This document shows positions 58,673 to 64,000 of a stretch of DNA of 64,000 nucleotides, piece after piece. Every line of letters starts with the position of its first letter. Positions within the stretch are counted from its first letter, which is position 1. Position numbers and translations under genes: made by a program. The notes under the pieces are model-generated. The model worked only from the letters and a program-made list of their open reading frames with translations, searched no databases and was not told the origin of the DNA. Origin of the DNA: Armatimonadota bacterium (lineage in GTDB: Bacteria; Armatimonadota; HRBIN16); contig BPGT01000003.1 in assembly GCA_026003175.1 (NCBI GenBank), positions 268,278-332,277 of the forward strand. Reading direction: 5' to 3'.

Positions 58673-59568
58673 TGCCTCCCCAGCATCCTCAGTCGAAGCG
58701 CGATGAGGTAGTTGCGGGCTACCAGCAGATTCGCCCTCAGCCATAGCCCCAGTGGAATCACCAGCCTGCTCCAGAGGGGCATCCGGTGGGCATAATGCTT
58801 CTGGAAAAAGAGGCGATGACTGCGATGAAACTGCCGGATCATGGCGTTCACCGCCTTGTCGCTACTGCGTCCGATGGCGTGAGTGACCACCGCTTTGGGG
58901 TGGTATACCACTTTCCAGCCCATCTCGTGCGCCCGCCAGCACAGGTCCACGTCCTCGCAATACATGAAGAACCGTTCGTCAAATCCGCCCAGCTGCTGCC
59001 ACGTTTCGCGCCGCACCATCATCGCGCAGCCGGACACCCAGTCCACCTCTATCGTGTGCGCATGGTCGAAGTCGGTCATCAGGTAGTCACGCACGAAGCG
59101 GTTTTGCGGAAAGAGCCTGCCCAGAAAGGTGTTGCGGAACAGCCCCGCCTCATAGACGGGGAAGCGTCGGCAAGAGTACTGCAGCGAGCCGTCGGGGTTC
59201 AGCACCTTCGGGGCGATGATTCCCACATCGGGATGCGCGTCGGCGTAGTCCACCAGCGCTTTAAGCGAGCCCGGGTGCGCCTTCGCGTCCGAGTTCAGCA
59301 GCATCAGATACCTGCCCTGTGCCAGCTGCGCGGCGCGGTTGTGTGCCTTGCCGAAGCCCTCGTTCAGGCGGTTTTCAATCAGCTTCACCTCCGGGAACTC
59401 GCGCTTGACCATGGCCACGCTGTCGTCCCAGGAGGCGTTGTCCACCACGATAATCTCCACCTGCACGCCCGGATGATGCGAGGGGTGTAGCGAGAGCAGG
59501 CACTCGCGCAGTTCATCGCGCGTGTTCCAGTTGACCACGATGACGCTCACATCAGGTTGTTCGTTCAC
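58669..59568 (-). CDS. glycosyltransferase family 2
   Basis: VSVIVVNWNTRDELRECL..VVDNASWDDS (GT2 Rossmann DXD context). Confidence 0.9.
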   Translation of the reverse strand: MNEQPDVSVIVVNWNTRDELRECLLSLHPSHHPGVQVEIIVVDNASWDDSVAMVKREFPEVKLIENRLNEGFGKAHNRAAQLAQGRYLMLLNSDAKAHPGSLKALVDYADAHPDVGIIAPKVLNPDGSLQYSCRRFPVYEAGLFRNTFLGRLFPQNRFVRDYLMTDFDHAHTIEVDWVSGCAMMVRRETWQQLGGFDERFFMYCEDVDLCWRAHEMGWKVVYHPKAVVTHAIGRSSDKAVNAMIRQFHRSHRLFFQKHYAHRMPLWSRLVIPLGLWLRANLLVARNYLIALRLRMLGRQ

Positions 59569-60430
59569 TCTGCCAGCCCTCGCGTCCTTTGCCCAGCGTC
59601 TTCAGCCAGGCGTTCAGGGTGATGCTTGCCACAATCAACCAGTATATCGGCTTCGGCAGGCGTTGCCGATAATGCTTCGCATAAAACTTCTGCAGGGAGC
59701 GATGCGATTCCCATATCATCTGCGGGCGCACCTGCCGCGTGCTTGCCCCGCCATGATGGATAATGACCACGCCGGGGTGAAACACAATCTTCAGCCCCAT
59801 CCTTTTCGCCCGATAGCACCAGTCCACCTCGTTGAAGAAGATGGGAAACCGCTCGTCCATCAGCCCCACTGTTTGCACGGCGCGTCGGGAGAGCATCAGG
59901 AAGGTTCCCATCGGCTGGTCTACCTCGGCGATATGGTCGTAGGTGAACCACGTCATGCGATACGCGCCAAACCGGCGCGAGCGGGGAAACAGCCTCGCCA
60001 ATCCCAAATACTCCCACATCACTGCTTCGGGTTCCGGGAAGCCCCGCACCGACTGTTGCACGCGCCCGTCGGGGTGTATCAGTTTCGCGCCCAGCGCGGC
60101 GACGTCGGGGTTCTCGCGCATGTACTGCACAGCGGTATCCAGCGCGCCCTCCGTCACCTCGGTATCGGGGTTGAGCAGCAGCAGATACTCGCCCTGCGCC
60201 TTTTGCAACAGCAGGTTATTGCCCACCGCGTAGCCCAGATTGCGCTCGGAGGCTATCAGATGCACTTCGGGGAACTCCGTTTGTACGGTCTGCGCGCTGC
60301 CATCGTGCGAGGCATTGTCTAGCACCCATACCTCCATCGGCTCGGAGAGGGGATAGAGGCGCAACGACTGCAGGCACGCCCGCAACAGCTCGCGCGTGTT
60401 CCAGTTGACGATGAGCACGGAGAGGGTCAT
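59552..60430 (-). CDS. glycosyltransferase family 2
   Basis: ATG 60430 (MTLSVLIVNWNTRELLRACL...VLDNASHDGS) overlaps TGA of HAD gene (ATGA). Upstream ORF extension to 60601 is low-quality. Confidence 0.88.
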   Translation of the reverse strand: MTLSVLIVNWNTRELLRACLQSLRLYPLSEPMEVWVLDNASHDGSAQTVQTEFPEVHLIASERNLGYAVGNNLLLQKAQGEYLLLLNPDTEVTEGALDTAVQYMRENPDVAALGAKLIHPDGRVQQSVRGFPEPEAVMWEYLGLARLFPRSRRFGAYRMTWFTYDHIAEVDQPMGTFLMLSRRAVQTVGLMDERFPIFFNEVDWCYRAKRMGLKIVFHPGVVIIHHGGASTRQVRPQMIWESHRSLQKFYAKHYRQRLPKPIYWLIVASITLNAWLKTLGKGREGWQSERTT

Positions 60431-61083
60431 AGCAGCTCCCTCAATTCCCTCACCAGCACATCGGGCGGGTGGTTGCGGAAGGGGTTGATGGGCACATCCA
60501 GCCGCCAGATGCCCACCGTTCGGCATCCCGCTGCCCTGCCCGCCTCTACGTCCATCCAGTAGTCGCCCACCACCACGCAGTGAACAGGAGCGATGCCCCA
60601 TTCCTCCAGCGCAACCATCACATGCTGCGGATGGGGCTTCACCCTCTGCACATCGTCGCGGCTGACCAGCAATTCATACGGTATCTGCAGGGTGTTCAGG
60701 GTGCGCAGGGAGACCTCGCGGTCGTTGCGGGTGATGATGCCGATGCGAACGCGCTGCTCCCTTAACCCGTTGAGCAGGTCGTACATGCCGGGCACAGGAC
60801 GGGGTGAGGCGCAATATGCCATCTCCATCGCCTGCAGTCGGGCGAAGGCGCGTTGACGCAGCTCTGTGCTCTCGTCCTCTCTGCCTGCAGAACGCAGTGC
60901 TTCCACTGCCCGCTCTACCGCGCCCAGTGCGTCCATATCCTGCAGGGGAAGAGTATCCACACCGTACTCCGCTATCAGTTGCAGAGCCGCCGCACGCAGT
61001 CTGGAGAAGTCAATACCCGTCTCGACGAGCGTACCGTCGAGGTCAAATAACACGGCGTGCGCATTCTGGAAGATGGTGTGCAT
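60427..61083 (-). CDS. HAD-superfamily hydrolase (phosphatase-like)
   Basis: Motif I VLFDLDGTLV, motif III K, motif IV VGDYWMDVEAG. Confidence 0.85.
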   Translation of the reverse strand: MHTIFQNAHAVLFDLDGTLVETGIDFSRLRAAALQLIAEYGVDTLPLQDMDALGAVERAVEALRSAGREDESTELRQRAFARLQAMEMAYCASPRPVPGMYDLLNGLREQRVRIGIITRNDREVSLRTLNTLQIPYELLVSRDDVQRVKPHPQHVMVALEEWGIAPVHCVVVGDYWMDVEAGRAAGCRTVGIWRLDVPINPFRNHPPDVLVRELRELL

Positions 61084-61228
61084 ATCTGGATTATACCAGC
61101 CCTTGCCTGAGCAGGAGAAGAGGGGGGATGTAGTGAACTGAAAATGTCATGCTGAGCGTCAGCAAAGCATCTTCACTACCGATTCACGCGCTTTGCAAAC
61201 ACGGATGATTACAAGGGAGGAGCCTATC

Positions 61229-61618
61229 ATGCCCAAACAGGTCATCACCACACATGATGCCCCGGCGGCAATCGGACCCTACTCCCAGGCGATTCGCGTA
61301 GGCAACCTGGTTTTTACATCGGGGCAGATACCGCTGCACCCGCAGACGGGCGAAATCGTCGGCGACACCGCTGCCGAACAAGCGCGACAGGTGCTGCACA
61401 ACCTGCAGGCGGTGCTACAGGCGGCGGGTGCCTCCCTGCAGGATGTGGTCAAAACCACCATCTTTCTGACCGACCTGGGACAGTTCGCGGCGGTGAATGC
61501 GGTGTACGCCGAGTTCTTCCCCAACGACCCGCCTGCGCGTTCGACGGTGCAGGTAGCAGCACTGCCGCGCGCGGTGCAGGTGGAGATAGAGGCGGTAGCG
61601 GTAGTCGAGCAGGGCTAA
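61229..61618 (+). CDS. ridA: RidA family protein (reactive intermediate/imine deaminase, YjgF-like)
   Basis: AAGGGAGGAG before ATG 61229 (MPKQVITTHDAPAAIGPYSQAIRVGNLVFTSGQIP...). Confidence 0.88.
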   Translation: MPKQVITTHDAPAAIGPYSQAIRVGNLVFTSGQIPLHPQTGEIVGDTAAEQARQVLHNLQAVLQAAGASLQDVVKTTIFLTDLGQFAAVNAVYAEFFPNDPPARSTVQVAALPRAVQVEIEAVAVVEQG

Positions 61619-62970
61619 CCCCGCGCCGCCTCGTACAGCAGTTCCACCAGCGTCGGATGGGCAGGGTAGAGGGACGCCAGGGTCTCCATCGTCCCGCCCA
61701 TCGCGATTGCTGTTGCCAGCGGGGCGAGTACGTCCGCTGCGTGGGAACCAATTGCTGAACCGCCGAGTAATTTGCCTGTGTTCTCTTCCACTACCAGCTT
61801 CACGAAGCCCTCGGTTTCGCCCAGCAGCTGCGCTTTCAGGTTGCTGGCGTACTCGGCTCGAGGCGACTTTACACGCAGACCCTGCTCACGCGCTTGCGCC
61901 TCGGTGATGCCCACCTGCGCCACCTGCGGTTGGGTGTACACCGCCTCCACCACCAGCTCGGAGCGGAAGGGCGATGTGGGTAGACCCAACGCATGACGCA
62001 CTGCCACCCGCGCCTGCGCCCAACCGCGATTAAGGGTAAATGGCGGTCCCGCCGCATCACCTGCCGCGTAGATATGCGCCACAGGCGACTGCAAGTATTC
62101 GTTCAGGGGTATTCCCTGCGGACTAGATGGCACACCTGCTGCCTCCAGATTCAGCCGTGACAGGTCTGCCCGCCTGCCGATAGCCACAAAGGCATGACTG
62201 CCCTCCAGCACCCTGCCATTGGCGAGATGCGCCTGCACCCCGTTTTCGGTGGCGGTGACGCTTTCTACCGGTGAGGAGAGCAGCACCTCAATACCTATCT
62301 GCCGAAAAGCGTGCTCCAGCAACTGCGACGCCTCTTCGTCCGCACGGGGCAGCAGGCGCGGCATATCGGTCACTATCGTTACCTCTGAACCCAGCACGCG
62401 GAACAGGTAGGCGAACTCACTGCCCGTCACGCCTCCGCCCACCATAACGATATGTTCGGGGAGCGACTGCAGGTTACTGGCGAAGCGTGGCGCAAGGATG
62501 CGCTTGCCGTCGGGCTTCATGCTGGGAGGGAAGATGGGCACGGAACCTGTGGCGATGATGGCGACATCGAAGGAGATTTGCCGTTCGCCGCCTCCTTCCA
62601 ACTGCACTTTCACTGCGTGCGGAGACACAAACGATGCTACACCCCGCAGGGTCTGCACCCCTGCCTGCTGCAGAGACTGCTTCTGCAACTCACCCCACTG
62701 GTGCGTGCGCTGGCGGATGCGTTCCATCAAATCAGCAACCTCAGCGCCCTCTGCAGTGACCTTGACCCCACGATGAGGCGCGTAGTAATTGTCCAACAGA
62801 GTATCCGCTGCCGTTAACAGTACCTTGCTGGGCACGAGACTATCCCACGTGGTGCGCCCGCCGACCTCGCCCTCGCTGATAAGGACGACTTCCGCGCCCA
62901 GCCTCGCCGCCTCCAGCGCGGCATGAACACCCACCGAACCGCCGCCAATGACCAATACACTTTTGGACAT
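61615..62970 (-). CDS. FAD/NAD(P)-binding oxidoreductase of the dihydrolipoamide-dehydrogenase family lacking the redox-active CxxxxC
   Basis: GGAGGTGA then ATG 62970 (MSKSVLVIGGGSVGVHAALEAARLGAEVVLI...). The LPD consensus GGTCLNVGCIPSK is replaced by GGRTTWDSLVPSK. C-terminal HPTLVE retained. Confidence 0.85.
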   Translation of the reverse strand: MSKSVLVIGGGSVGVHAALEAARLGAEVVLISEGEVGGRTTWDSLVPSKVLLTAADTLLDNYYAPHRGVKVTAEGAEVADLMERIRQRTHQWGELQKQSLQQAGVQTLRGVASFVSPHAVKVQLEGGGERQISFDVAIIATGSVPIFPPSMKPDGKRILAPRFASNLQSLPEHIVMVGGGVTGSEFAYLFRVLGSEVTIVTDMPRLLPRADEEASQLLEHAFRQIGIEVLLSSPVESVTATENGVQAHLANGRVLEGSHAFVAIGRRADLSRLNLEAAGVPSSPQGIPLNEYLQSPVAHIYAAGDAAGPPFTLNRGWAQARVAVRHALGLPTSPFRSELVVEAVYTQPQVAQVGITEAQAREQGLRVKSPRAEYASNLKAQLLGETEGFVKLVVEENTGKLLGGSAIGSHAADVLAPLATAIAMGGTMETLASLYPAHPTLVELLYEAARG

Positions 62971-63156
62971 GCGCTTCACCTCCAATGGTTGGACTCGGCA
63001 GGAAAGCGAGGGGATTCAGAGGGACAGCTCGGCGGGAGCCTCGCCCTCCAGGAGGCTGTAGATATGTGCGATGGCGATGTGCCCGAAAACGCACTGCATC
63101 CCGTTCGAACGAGGGTCGCGACGGAGCGTAACCCTCGGAGATATGTTTGAGGTTTT

Positions 63157-63169
63157 TTCGAACACCCTC
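63157..63169 (+). mobile_element. solo MITE right-end fragment TTCGAACACCCTC
   Basis: Exact match to the right TIR of copies A-C. No left end or interior nearby. Followed 9 nt later by TTGACT. Confidence 0.5.
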
Positions 63170-63177
63170 TGCGTGTC

Positions 63178-63207
63178 TTGACTCCCTATCCATTAGCCCT
63201 GTAAAAT
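63178..63207 (+). promoter_or_regulatory. sigma-70-like promoter TTGACT-N18-TAAAAT
   Basis: Upstream of ATG 63235; same geometry relative to the MITE end as at copies B and C. Confidence 0.45.
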
Positions 63208-63234
63208 ATCCTCAATCACTTGTGGAGGTTTGCT

Positions 63235-64000
63235 ATGGTAGAAGACCTGTCCAGGTATCACCACCCGATTGGCAACCTGTTTCGCCTGCCAGGTACGCGC
63301 GAAGAGTGGCAACAGTACCGCCTCAGCGAGGAGCAAATTGCCTTCTTCCACGAGAACGGCTATCTGCCCGGCATCCGTATCCTCACCGATGAGCAGGTGG
63401 AACAATTACGACAAGAACTGGAAGGGCTGATGGACCCCTCTCACCCGGGGCATCATCTGTTTTATGAGTACCATTCCAACGAGAGCAAGGACCCGAACAC
63501 GGTGCTGTTCCACGCGCTGGGGGCATGGCGAATCGCTCCCGGCTTCCACGACATCCTGTGGCATCCCGCGTTCACCGTGCCGGCGTCGCAGTTGCTGGGT
63601 GGCGCAGTGCGCTTCTGGCACGACCAGCTGTTCTGCAAACCACCCAAACAGGGCGGCGTCGTGGCATGGCATCAGGACTACTCCTACTGGACACGCACGC
63701 AGCCGGAAGCGCACCTCACCTGCTGGATTGGGCTGGACGATGCCACCGAAGAGAACGGCGCGCTGATGTACATCCCCGGCTCGCACCGCTGGAACCTGTT
63801 GCCCATCACCGGACTGGCGGGCGACATGGAGGCGATTATGAGCGTGTTGACCGAAGAGCAGAAAGCACAGTTCAAACCCGTCACGGTAGAACTGAAAGCG
63901 GGTGAATGTTCTTTCCACCACTCCATGGTCGTACACGGCTCGGGGGTGAACCGCTCCGAGCGACCGCGCCGCGCAACGGTGATTAACGTCTTCCGTGACG
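63235..64000 (+). CDS. phytanoyl-CoA dioxygenase (PhyH) family protein (partial; runs off window end)
   Basis: GGAGG then ATG 63235 ([20 protein letters not shown]...WHQDYSYW...H). Third PhyH-family paralog in window. Confidence 0.85.
   Translation, partial: MVEDLSRYHHPIGNLFRLPGTREEWQQYRLSEEQIAFFHENGYLPGIRILTDEQVEQLRQELEGLMDPSHPGHHLFYEYHSNESKDPNTVLFHALGAWRIAPGFHDILWHPAFTVPASQLLGGAVRFWHDQLFCKPPKQGGVVAWHQDYSYWTRTQPEAHLTCWIGLDDATEENGALMYIPGSHRWNLLPITGLAGDMEAIMSVLTEEQKAQFKPVTVELKAGECSFHHSMVVHGSGVNRSERPRRATVINVFRD

Noticed and set aside
50525-60322. ORFs 50525-51304 (-), 52639-53439 (-), 54761-55504 (+), 55850-56653 (+), 59522-60322 (+)
   Set aside because: Antisense to DUF1559, VWA and GT2 genes. 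Rejected in favour of the motif-bearing frames.
1-64000. CRISPR arrays, rRNA and tRNA genes
   Set aside because: No regularly spaced short direct repeats were found. No tRNA-like T-loop/acceptor pattern (e.g. GGTTCGAATCC) appears in intergenic regions; the TTCGAA in the MITE ends lacks surrounding tRNA structure. None called.

Overview
64 kb window from a GC-rich bacterial chromosome, dominated by a carbohydrate-utilisation island. The many DUF1559 prepilin-like and PEP-CTERM proteins suggest an Armatimonadetes, Planctomycetes or Verrucomicrobia-like lineage. About 60 protein genes are supported. These include many CAZymes (GH38 alpha-mannosidase running off the window start, heparinase II/III-like lyase, GH4, GH20-like, DUF4038/GH140-like, GH10, CBM9-like, glucoamylase-like glycosidase), LacI and GntR/LacI-type regulators and an MFS transporter. 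There is also a mog-moeA operon translationally coupled to two large membrane proteins, two secreted paralogs with identical C-terminal dockerin modules, three phytanoyl-CoA-dioxygenase-family oxygenases, and an exopolysaccharide-type operon (HAD-GT2-GT2-O-antigen-ligase/TPR-VWA BatA-like). No rRNA, tRNA or CRISPR was recognised. Most notable: (1) a ~1030-aa tubulin/FtsZ-superfamily GTPase-like protein (T1-like GLGGSG, T4 signature CGGTGSG, ~700-aa helical tail) in a minus-strand operon with secreted and membrane proteins and several small downstream genes; (2) a ~186-bp MITE family (3 full copies with 13-bp TIRs and 9-bp target-site duplications, plus one solo end), all intergenic, with the right TIR repeatedly sitting 9 bp upstream of a consensus -35 TTGAC box; (3) at least six genes split by +/-1 frame changes that lie at G/C (once A) homopolymer runs, suggesting homopolymer sequencing error rather than biology, which needs read-level confirmation.
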